The notes under the pieces were generated by a model. The model saw only the letters and a program-made list of their open reading frames with translations, was not told the DNA's origin and ran no database searches. Both the position numbers and the translations under genes were made by a program. This document shows, one piece after another, positions 18,205 to 26,705 of a stretch of DNA of 35,419 nt; the first letter of the stretch is position 1, and every line of letters begins with the position of its first letter. The stretch is taken from positions 1-35,419 of the forward strand of contig JBNJDW010000001.1 of assembly GCA_051745265.1 (NCBI GenBank). The letters are read 5' to 3'. This DNA is from Pseudomonadota bacterium (lineage in GTDB: Bacteria; Pseudomonadota; Alphaproteobacteria; Micavibrionales; CSBR16-224).

Positions 18205-18220
18205 TGGCACGTCTATTGCA
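18205..18220 (+). promoter_or_regulatory. Sigma54 (RpoN) -24/-12 promoter, perfect consensus
   Basis: TGGCACG-TCTA-TTGCA matches TGGCACG-N4-TTGCW at every specified base. Lies 3 nt after the slt stop and 44 nt before the ATG at 18264. Confidence 0.7.
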
Positions 18221-18263
18221 TAAGCCGCGCCATATTAACCCTTTTTTAAGTAATGGTGTGGAA

Positions 18264-18860
18264 ATGCTTACTGAACTTACAGCGATGCGTAAATATCTTG
18301 AAACGGATATCAGCTCCAAACTGATCTGGGCCAAAACCTATGATGAGCCGATCGGCTTCGTACAGATCCCCTATCTGCGCAATCGGTTGAATGAAACCCT
18401 TGCTAAATTTCATATCAGCCCGCGTATTCGCAGAAAACTCTGCCATAGTCTGACTGAAATTCTCTCCAACCTGATCGAACACCCCGCCAAAAAAGCCAGC
18501 TTCATTGATTTAAAAGTGTATAAAAGTGAGGAATATATCTATTTTTGTCTGCGCGATGACAGCAGCCCTTTTATAGATTTTTACAAAAAGCTCGCGGAAT
18601 CACGGCTTCTTTTCACAAGCTCTCTGCCTGCCACCTCCGGACGCGGACTTGGGTTGGTGGCAGAACAGCATAAAAATACGCTCTATCTGACAAAAAATGA
18701 AACCGACGACGGCTATAATCACTTTTGCATTTTTGAAAAACGCCCCAGACACCAGTCTGCTAAACAGCTTCATTCTTTGACAGCACACAGAAAAAAGCGG
18801 GTCTGCCTACGATTCTCACCAAATATACGCAATATGAAGCCTTACCAAATCGCTGGTTAA
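18264..18860 (+). CDS. Stand-alone GHKL/HATPase_c-like protein (RsbW/SpoIIAB-type anti-sigma serine kinase-like)
   Basis: N-box-like SLTEILSNLIEH, G1-like LRDDSSPF and G2-like SGRGLGLV. No HisKA/H-box and no TM segment. Lower GC than its neighbours. The track ORF from 18060 overlaps slt and is rejected. Confidence 0.6.
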   Translation: MLTELTAMRKYLETDISSKLIWAKTYDEPIGFVQIPYLRNRLNETLAKFHISPRIRRKLCHSLTEILSNLIEHPAKKASFIDLKVYKSEEYIYFCLRDDSSPFIDFYKKLAESRLLFTSSLPATSGRGLGLVAEQHKNTLYLTKNETDDGYNHFCIFEKRPRHQSAKQLHSLTAHRKKRVCLRFSPNIRNMKPYQIAG

Positions 18861-19044
18861 AAACCATGAAGTAAACGCAGAGTGAAGATCAAGAAAATAC
18901 TCAATTCTAGCAAATGATAACATTAGATTAATATTATTAAGTTATAATTTCCCTCTAATATGTGTAATTAATAACAAAAAAATACTTAAGGATAATAGCG
19001 CTTTAATTATTCTCGCGTATAATCCGTTGAGAGGGGTAGGATAA

Positions 19045-19713
19045 ATGAGAATATTAATTGCCGATGACCATACCCTGTTCAGGGATACGCTTACTGTTTT
19101 TTTAAAGCGCATGAACAAGGGTTATATAGTCGAACTGGCCGATGACTTAAACCATGCCTATGATTTAATGGCTGCATCAAAGGGTAAAGGCTACGATTTT
19201 GTTATTCTGGATCTCTGTATGCCGGGTATGAACGGGTTCGAAGGGCTAAAAAGGTTTAAAGAAACCTGGCCTAAAATCCCTGTTGCCATTATATCCGGTG
19301 TGGCACAGACCTGGGAAGTCAACCAGAGCATTGAATACGGTGCGGCCGGCTTTTTTCCAAAATCCATGTCCGGCCAATCTCTGGTCCATGCCATTGAACT
19401 TGTTATGTCCGGTGAAAAATTTGTGCCTATAGAATACATCGCCCCGCCGGTGCATAACCCGCTCCCGCCCGGAACACACCCGCAATATGGGCTGTCTGAC
19501 CGCCCGCAGCATCATTATCAGCTGACCCAGCGGGAAAATGATGTGCTGAAATGCCTGATCAGAGGGGCTTCCAATCAGGAAATTGCCGATTCGTTATCAT
19601 TACAGATTGTCACAATAAAATTGCATGTTCGCAGCATATGCCGCAAACTGGGAGCGAAGAACAGAACGCAGGCTGCTCTGTTCGCACGGGAGAATAATCT
19701 GGTCAAACCATGA
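19045..19713 (+). CDS. NarL/FixJ (LuxR-type HTH) response regulator
   Basis: Receiver MRILIADDH...VILDLCMPGMNG...FFPKS. C-terminal LTQRENDVLKCLIRGASNQEIADSLSLQIVTIKLHVRSICRKLGAKNRTQAA. SD GGGGTAGGA. Confidence 0.9.
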   Translation: MRILIADDHTLFRDTLTVFLKRMNKGYIVELADDLNHAYDLMAASKGKGYDFVILDLCMPGMNGFEGLKRFKETWPKIPVAIISGVAQTWEVNQSIEYGAAGFFPKSMSGQSLVHAIELVMSGEKFVPIEYIAPPVHNPLPPGTHPQYGLSDRPQHHYQLTQRENDVLKCLIRGASNQEIADSLSLQIVTIKLHVRSICRKLGAKNRTQAALFARENNLVKP

Positions 19714-19748
19714 TCATTTCTTTTCTCCGGTAAGGGGGCATATACGCA

Positions 19749-21584
19749 ATGATCAAAAATGAATTCGGTATCATCCGTAGGAATCAGGCTTATATCCTGA
19801 TTGGCATTATTACCATTTCCCTTTTAATCGCCTCACTGTTTATTTTACGGATTGGCAGTGAACATCAACATATTCTCGAACAATACAGAAATCAGCTCTG
19901 GTCTTTTGTCGAGGCGGAACGCCGCCTGAATCAATCAACGATTCTGTTCTATGACCACCTGACCCAGCCGACCGTTTATCCACATGAAACGGTTATACAA
20001 AGCTTTCAGAATTACCGGCGGCAGATTGATGTTCTGCTTGAACTGTCCAATGATACACGTTTTATCCCCCCTGCAATGCTCGAACGCTATACGGAAGAAA
20101 TTAAACTCACGACAAATGAGATCTATGGCCTTCTTGAAGATCCGCAGCTATACCAGAACAATACAAATATCATTTTTAAAAGATTTCAAAGGCTTGAGGG
20201 TCTTTTCTCCAACCTGACCACAAGAGCGCTCAGCTATGAATTCTCGGTTACGGATACCTATAATATTAACCAGAACCGCCAGGCCCTGTATTTGGCCTTG
20301 ATGGTCATGTTTTTATGTGTCCTTGGTATGATCCAATTGCTGCGCCAGCAACGCCGGAAACTGGATTCAGTAACGCTGAAATTCTTCGAATCTCAAAAGT
20401 TAGAGGCCCTTGGCCAACTCGCCGGCGGTATCGCCCATGATTTCAACAACACGCTCGCCGCCATTCAGGGCTATGCCGATTTTCTGATTAATGATCTTGA
20501 AGACCGCAAAGAACAGCAAAAATTTGCGCTGAATATATCGGCCGCAACGCTTGATGCCAAAAAGCTCATCGAACAGATCCTGGCCTATAGCCGTAAAACC
20601 AATGTAAAGCACGAACCGCTGAACCTGACCGATCAGGTCGAAAACCTGTCCTCCTTTGCCCATAGCACCATTCGCGCCGGTATTGAATTCGATTTTGCAG
20701 CGCCAAAGGATAAAGATTTCTATATCAACGGCAATTCAACCCAACTGGGCCAGGTTTTGATTAACCTGTGTGTTAATGCCAGTGATGCCATTGATCATGA
20801 TGCCGGGCGGATTGAGCTTCGTTTGAAAAAACTGTCCCCGGATGCCGATGAGGTCCGACAGCTTCGCCAGAATGACGAAACACGCCCTCAATATATAAAA
20901 TCAGGTGACCGGACAAAACTGCTGATCGGCTTTTTAAAAGATAAGCAGGACTATATTTGTATATCCATTTCGGATAATGGCTCTGGCATTGATCCGAAAG
21001 ACCTGTCCCGTATCTTCGATCCGTTTTTCTCAACGAAAGAGGTTGATCTGGGCACCGGGCTTGGACTGTCAGCGGTGCTGGGGATTATTTCCGAACATCA
21101 AGGGGCCATCATCGTTGAAACCGGGGCCAATACAGGCACATCCTTCCGGCTGTTTTTCCCCCGGATTGAATATAAGGAATCTGAAGCCAGTCCCCAGCGC
21201 AGCAAAGTTGAAATGATTGCCGAGACCAAACGCGTTATTCTGGTTGAAGATAATATCAGCGTGGGCAATATGACAGCCGGTCTGTTAGAGCGGCTGGGCT
21301 GCGAGGTCTTACATTGTATAAATGGTTATGAGGCCGTGACACTGTTAAAAGAGGGTGAATTCATCCCCGACCTTATTATCACCGATTACAAAATGCCGAA
21401 AATGACCGGGCTGGAATTGGCGCGCAAGCTTCATAAAATGCACCCGGAAATCCCGATTATTCTGTTTACCGGATATACTGGCGTATCTGCCGAGATTCTG
21501 GCGACCGAAGAGGCCATTCGTGACGTCATAGACAAACCCGCGACACCACAACAGTTCGCCGAAATACTCAAAAAATATACGTAA
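19749..21584 (+). CDS. Hybrid sensor histidine kinase (2 TM with a ~150-aa helical periplasmic region, HisKA, HATPase_c, C-terminal REC)
   Basis: H-box LGQLAGGIAHDFNNTLAAIQGYADFL, N-box LINLCVNASDAI, G-boxes DNGSGI and GTGLGLS, receiver RVILVEDN...ITDYKMPKMTG...DKP. SD AAGGGGG. Confidence 0.9.
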   Translation: MIKNEFGIIRRNQAYILIGIITISLLIASLFILRIGSEHQHILEQYRNQLWSFVEAERRLNQSTILFYDHLTQPTVYPHETVIQSFQNYRRQIDVLLELSNDTRFIPPAMLERYTEEIKLTTNEIYGLLEDPQLYQNNTNIIFKRFQRLEGLFSNLTTRALSYEFSVTDTYNINQNRQALYLALMVMFLCVLGMIQLLRQQRRKLDSVTLKFFESQKLEALGQLAGGIAHDFNNTLAAIQGYADFLINDLEDRKEQQKFALNISAATLDAKKLIEQILAYSRKTNVKHEPLNLTDQVENLSSFAHSTIRAGIEFDFAAPKDKDFYINGNSTQLGQVLINLCVNASDAIDHDAGRIELRLKKLSPDADEVRQLRQNDETRPQYIKSGDRTKLLIGFLKDKQDYICISISDNGSGIDPKDLSRIFDPFFSTKEVDLGTGLGLSAVLGIISEHQGAIIVETGANTGTSFRLFFPRIEYKESEASPQRSKVEMIAETKRVILVEDNISVGNMTAGLLERLGCEVLHCINGYEAVTLLKEGEFIPDLIITDYKMPKMTGLELARKLHKMHPEIPIILFTGYTGVSAEILATEEAIRDVIDKPATPQQFAEILKKYT

Positions 21585-21790
21585 GATCAGGATCGGCTAG
21601 GTCGGCTCGGCTGACTGGGGGCACGTTCCCGTGAGCGCCCCGGTAGCGTTGGCGGTCTTGATGGCGATTGTCCAAGTTTCTTTTTTAAACTCATAGACTT
21701 CATCCATTAAATGAGGTTAACGCGTATCCTTAGGAAATATACTAGGTCCATTCGCAAAACTTGTCAACTGACTGCGTATCGGCAAAACCG

Positions 21791-23875
21791 CTATTCCTGC
21801 CGCAGCCAGCCTGCCACCATGAAAAAGATGCCAAAAATACCGACCAGCCACCAGGGCAGTAAGGGATCGATTTCAACATCCCGATTCTCTAACTGTGAAG
21901 ACTGGCGCAGATAAAGATTATCACCACGGCTGTAACGCGCGCGCTGTTCTTTCATAGAAAAATCAACATCCGGCGCATCCGGTGACCTGACCAAAGCCCC
22001 GCCCGTTGCCTCGGTCGCCGGATATAACAGCTCGGTATTACTGATCAGCTTTTGATATTCCGGTGCATTTGTGTCTTTATAGATCAAATGTTCTTCATAC
22101 GGTCCGTAACGGAAATGATATACGCCGGGTAAAACCGGTGTATGACGGGTTTCAAATTCAATCCGTCCTTCTGCCAGTTGATTGATCTCCGGTTTTATAA
22201 TCTTCTGACTTTGATCGGGGGTGGTGATGGTCACATTTCGTTCATCGATATCCTCACCTTCATAGCGGATATAAAAATCACCCTCCGCGCCCTCAACACG
22301 GAAATTCTTATATTCCAGCGAAGGTTCTTTCATCAGCCAATGGGCCAGACGGCGCATGATATCGGCATAAGGCCCGCCACCATCATAGCCCCGCGCCCAT
22401 AACCATATCTGATCTGTGCTGAACTGGGCCACCCTGCCCTCAAACTGATCACTGATGACCAGCAGTGGTGCACCGTCCTTGGTTTCCAGCAATGTTTGCG
22501 CATTTTCAGACGTCGGTGTTACCTCCAGATAACGATTCCAGTCCCCCCAGCTGTCTTCGATTGTTTCCAGCGGGGCGGTGATCGGATGCCGGCGGCCATA
22601 ATCAGAAAGCTTGGGATGAATATTCTTCTCAACAACACCATTCAGAACCCGGCGGGTTGGCAGTATGGTATCAAGATAGGTATCGGCCAGAGCCTCCTGC
22701 CCTGACTCTTCCGGGCCATGCACAACCATCATCGCCCCGCCATCTTCGACATAACGCACCATATTGCGAAAATATGACGCCTGTAGAATCGACCGCCGCG
22801 TATAACGGTCCAGAATAATCAAATCAAATTCGGCGATTTTATCTTCAAATAATTCCTGCGTGGGAAACGGGATCAGGGCCAGTTCATCCTGCGGCGTAAT
22901 ATCAATATTATTCAATGAGCGCAAAATGGTGAAATGAACCAGATCAACAGCCGGATCGGATTTCAAAAGATTACGCCAGATACGAAGCCCCTGATGCGGC
23001 TGGCCCGAGACCAAGAGCACTTTCAAACGGTCCCGCACCCCTTCAATACTGGTCGCCGCGGTATTATTGATCGGGCTTAATTCATCCTCAGTGGCCGGGA
23101 TACTGACTTCGACCAGAGTTTTACCTGACTGGGTAATGGGCAGGCGAAGGCTGTAATCTTCGCCGGTGGGCACAGCAATATCCGTATAGACCTCGCCATT
23201 TATCTTGACCGTCATGGTCAGCGTTTCGCTTTGCGGAACCGGATCCTCATCGACCCGAATACGAAGCGGCGCGCTTTCACCGACAACCGCATACCCCGGC
23301 GAAGATAAAATTTCAATCCGCCGATCTGTTTCTTCCTCCGGATCACCGGACATCAACACATGTAGCGGGCCGTAACGCGTCCATAACCCCGGATCTGCCG
23401 GTACATCATGCACCTGACCATCGGTAATCAGAATACTGCCCCCGATACGGCTGGGGGTTTCGGCCAGCAGCATATCCTGAAGCGGGCCGAATAATCTTGT
23501 TCTATCCTCCAGCCCTTCCTGAGTGACATCAACCACCACAGGCGCCAGATTTTCAATCCGGTTCAGTTTTTCCATCACATCGGCCAGCGTTTCTTCTGTT
23601 CTCTCCACCCGGCCTGACAGTCGCTGACTTTCGGTACGGTCAACCAGAACATACACCAGCGTTTCCGATGGCGTACCGCTTTCCGTTTTCAAAACCGGAT
23701 TGGCGATCAATATCAAAACCAGCAGAACAAACAACCCGCGAAAGATCGGCAGATGACGGGTGCGCAAAGCCAACGCTGTTAGAATACCAAAAGACAGTAA
23801 AGCCAAAAGGATCATCGCCCAGCCGGGCAACAGCGGCTGCCAGTAAAATTCGGTGATGCTATTGATCATTTTCAA
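21791..23875 (-). CDS. Conserved membrane protein, partner of the BatA_N/DUF4159 protein (N-terminal TM pair, vWA-like stretch, C-terminal TM anchor)
   Basis: TM helices at both ends (WAMILLALLSFGILTALAL, GLFVLLVLILIANPVL, WWLVGIFGIFFMVAGWL). VLVDRTES is a degenerate MIDAS-like motif. The start overlaps the upstream stop by 17 nt. The functional call is tentative. Confidence 0.55.
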   Translation of the reverse strand: MKMINSITEFYWQPLLPGWAMILLALLSFGILTALALRTRHLPIFRGLFVLLVLILIANPVLKTESGTPSETLVYVLVDRTESQRLSGRVERTEETLADVMEKLNRIENLAPVVVDVTQEGLEDRTRLFGPLQDMLLAETPSRIGGSILITDGQVHDVPADPGLWTRYGPLHVLMSGDPEEETDRRIEILSSPGYAVVGESAPLRIRVDEDPVPQSETLTMTVKINGEVYTDIAVPTGEDYSLRLPITQSGKTLVEVSIPATEDELSPINNTAATSIEGVRDRLKVLLVSGQPHQGLRIWRNLLKSDPAVDLVHFTILRSLNNIDITPQDELALIPFPTQELFEDKIAEFDLIILDRYTRRSILQASYFRNMVRYVEDGGAMMVVHGPEESGQEALADTYLDTILPTRRVLNGVVEKNIHPKLSDYGRRHPITAPLETIEDSWGDWNRYLEVTPTSENAQTLLETKDGAPLLVISDQFEGRVAQFSTDQIWLWARGYDGGGPYADIMRRLAHWLMKEPSLEYKNFRVEGAEGDFYIRYEGEDIDERNVTITTPDQSQKIIKPEINQLAEGRIEFETRHTPVLPGVYHFRYGPYEEHLIYKDTNAPEYQKLISNTELLYPATEATGGALVRSPDAPDVDFSMKEQRARYSRGDNLYLRQSSQLENRDVEIDPLLPWWLVGIFGIFFMVAGWLRQE

Positions 23876-26618
23876 ACCGCTCCAGTATAAATTTTATATG
23901 GACCTGATCTGTTTTATAACTGCCGGTCAATGCCGTTAACGTCAGGTTGACACCGAATCTAAGCGCCATTTCCTGCCGCCGTTTTGCACCGCTTTTTCCC
24001 GGTATAACCATATTCCGCCGCGGGTTAATCCGCGACCAGGCGGCGGCCCAGTCATGCGCGCCAATCACAACAGACGGCACGCCGTCATAATCCGTTGATT
24101 TTACGTCCTCCACCCAGACCGGGCTGCCATCATACAGCCCCGGAAATTCCGTCAAAAGGTAATACGCACGGGTCAGAACATGGTCTTCTTCCAACTTGAC
24201 CAGCGGACCTATATCCAGAGGCTCTGTCAGACGTTGCAGGGTTTCCTGCCCCAATGTCGATCCGGTACTGCTGTACTGCGCATCCCGTGTATCAAAAAAG
24301 ATCATCCCGCCATGGTCCAGATAATACTGCACCGCCTGAACACCCTGCTCTGACAGGCTGGATTGTGAAGTGATCATCGGCCAGTAAATCACCGGATAGG
24401 TTGTCAGATCATCCTCTTCGGGATTCACGCCGACCACTTCATTAAATTCTACGGTCGTCCGCCGTTTCAGAGCCTGCCCCAGCACGTTTAATCCATCCCG
24501 GCTGATCCGGTCGCGCTCAGTATCGCCGGTAATGACATAAGCCAGATCAATTTTATTAACGGCTTTAGATTCAGCATCGCTGCGAAACTGGGCCTCAGCG
24601 GGGCTTGTCGTTGCCGCCATCAGCAAACATGCCGCCAGTATCGTCAGTGGTGCCCGGCGCCATCGGTAAATTTTGGCGCCATGGGTCATCACCGCCGTTG
24701 CAATCATTTCAGCCAAAAATAAAAGCAGGGCCAGAATGAGCGCCGGCAGCGACAGATCAAAATAACGCTGCGCTTTATAAGACAGAACATGATCAAAGTA
24801 ATCCGCATCAATATACGGAACCTGTTCTGTCGTTTGGCCAAGATTCCGAGCCTTCACGGCCTGTGTTTCCCCTGCCGTACCGGCAGACGTATATAACCCG
24901 GGCGGATGGCTTGGTGAAGCTGGCTGCGCCATTAATGTGCCGTAATTTTCAGCCGCGGCCATAAAGCCGGGCGCCGTTAAACGGCCATTGGCATCAATCA
25001 TCCGGCTGGGCGTAACGATCAGATCATCCGATGTCGCCAGATTGCCGCCTTCGCTGAAATCGGCCATCGACGCCATCATCAGCGGGAATACATCCGACAG
25101 GACCAGATCAGACCAGCTGATATCCGCCGTGGTATGAACAAGAACCACACCGCCCTGACCCGTCCGGTCATGGGTGATCAACGGTGTCTGATCCTCCAGC
25201 CAGGCCCAGCGTTTTTCATTCAGATCAATTGACGGGCGGGCCAGCACCTGCTGGCGAATGACCAGATCATCGGAAACCTGCAAACCGGCCAATGGTGATT
25301 GCGGGGCAAAGCCGCTGACTCTGGCCGGTTCCTCCCAGCTCATCGCGCCGCCAAAGCTGCGTTCTCCGCCATAAAGGTCAACGGGCAATAGCTGCGCGCC
25401 GCGTTCTTCGGCAAGGTTCGGACCGGCAAAACGCAGCAATATGCCGCCGTTTTCAACCCATTCGGATAGCTTTTGATAATCGCTGCTGTCAGGCTCGGTA
25501 CTGTCCGGCAGGATGATCATTGACAGGTTTTTATCCCCCAGCAAGTCATCAAGCCCGCCGGCAGACAGTTTTGCCCGGCCCCGCAGGGATTGGGCAATAT
25601 AGAACGCATCATTCAGATAATCCTGTTTCTGGTTGATATCCCGCCTGGTCCATATGCCGACCTGCGGCTGCTGCCAGCCGCCATCCATATGCCAGACCGT
25701 CGCAGCTGTGGTTTCCGGCGACAATTTCACCCGGCCCACATCATTGGCGACCTGTTCGGGCAAATTGATATTAACGGTGCGCTCTGTCATATCCTGTTCA
25801 AACAGAATATCCTTACGGGTCATGATTTCACCACTACGTGACAATACAGAGACAGTCTGACGGTTAGGCACCCCGACATCATGGCGATTAAGCGTGACCG
25901 CAAGCCCGGCATCCGTCCGCTCAACCGATTTAATCATCAGGCCCTGATTTATATCACTGTCTTCATAAACGACGGTTTGACCATAACCGGAAAGCGTTTC
26001 AAGCAGGTCCTCCTGCGCCTTGCCGCCCTGCCCGTCACTGAACCACAAAGTATTCCAGTCATGACGGCTTTCGAATAAAGAGGCCTTAACAGCCATACCG
26101 GCCGCTTTATAATCAGATGGCCAGGGCTCCGGCGTCAGCGAGGCGATCAGCCGCTTTGCTTCATCAGGTGATAAATTACGTTCAAACACCGGTTCACCGG
26201 TATTACGGTCGGGCGCCGTTGTAATGACAGAGATCGGCACGCGGCTGATATCGACAAAAGCATCCAGCCGCTGCTGAACGGCATCAACCCGGCTGGGCCA
26301 TGAAGCCGCAGCAGCCCAGCTGTTATCCATCACAATCAAAGTCGGATCAAAAGAAATCGCATCCCGATTCGGATCATAAACCGGATGGGCCAGCGCCAGA
26401 ATAAAAAGCAGCACGGCAAACAAACGCATCAGTTTCAGCCATAAAGGAATATCGCGCGGCTTTGGCCGTTCTTTTTTGTCTTTGCCAAACAACACCAGTG
26501 CCGGAAAGACCACCCGCCGCGGCCGTAACGGAAACAGCCGAAACAGCAGCCATAAAAGCGGCAACAGCATTGTAAAAAACAAAGCCAGCGGCTGGGTGAA
26601 AAACAGAAATTCGGTCAT
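23859..26618 (-). CDS. BatA_N (N-terminal double-TM aerotolerance-like) / DUF4159 family membrane protein
   Basis: N-terminus LALFFTMLLPLLWLLFRLFPLRPRRVVFPALVLF fits the double-TM BatA_N pattern. IVMDNSWAAA is vWA-like with a degenerate MIDAS motif. C-terminus ...VVIGAHDWAAAW...ALRFGVNLTLTALTGSYKTDQVHIKFILERF matches my recollection of DUF4159. Confidence 0.65.
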   Translation of the reverse strand: MTEFLFFTQPLALFFTMLLPLLWLLFRLFPLRPRRVVFPALVLFGKDKKERPKPRDIPLWLKLMRLFAVLLFILALAHPVYDPNRDAISFDPTLIVMDNSWAAAASWPSRVDAVQQRLDAFVDISRVPISVITTAPDRNTGEPVFERNLSPDEAKRLIASLTPEPWPSDYKAAGMAVKASLFESRHDWNTLWFSDGQGGKAQEDLLETLSGYGQTVVYEDSDINQGLMIKSVERTDAGLAVTLNRHDVGVPNRQTVSVLSRSGEIMTRKDILFEQDMTERTVNINLPEQVANDVGRVKLSPETTAATVWHMDGGWQQPQVGIWTRRDINQKQDYLNDAFYIAQSLRGRAKLSAGGLDDLLGDKNLSMIILPDSTEPDSSDYQKLSEWVENGGILLRFAGPNLAEERGAQLLPVDLYGGERSFGGAMSWEEPARVSGFAPQSPLAGLQVSDDLVIRQQVLARPSIDLNEKRWAWLEDQTPLITHDRTGQGGVVLVHTTADISWSDLVLSDVFPLMMASMADFSEGGNLATSDDLIVTPSRMIDANGRLTAPGFMAAAENYGTLMAQPASPSHPPGLYTSAGTAGETQAVKARNLGQTTEQVPYIDADYFDHVLSYKAQRYFDLSLPALILALLLFLAEMIATAVMTHGAKIYRWRRAPLTILAACLLMAATTSPAEAQFRSDAESKAVNKIDLAYVITGDTERDRISRDGLNVLGQALKRRTTVEFNEVVGVNPEEDDLTTYPVIYWPMITSQSSLSEQGVQAVQYYLDHGGMIFFDTRDAQYSSTGSTLGQETLQRLTEPLDIGPLVKLEEDHVLTRAYYLLTEFPGLYDGSPVWVEDVKSTDYDGVPSVVIGAHDWAAAWSRINPRRNMVIPGKSGAKRRQEMALRFGVNLTLTALTGSYKTDQVHIKFILERFENDQ

Positions 26619-26705
26619 AAGTCCTTAATCGGGCGTTTGTGGCTATACAGTCTTTAATGTAGCGTCATCTGTCCTCAGAGAAAAGGGCAAACCCGGTCTT
26701 TGATG

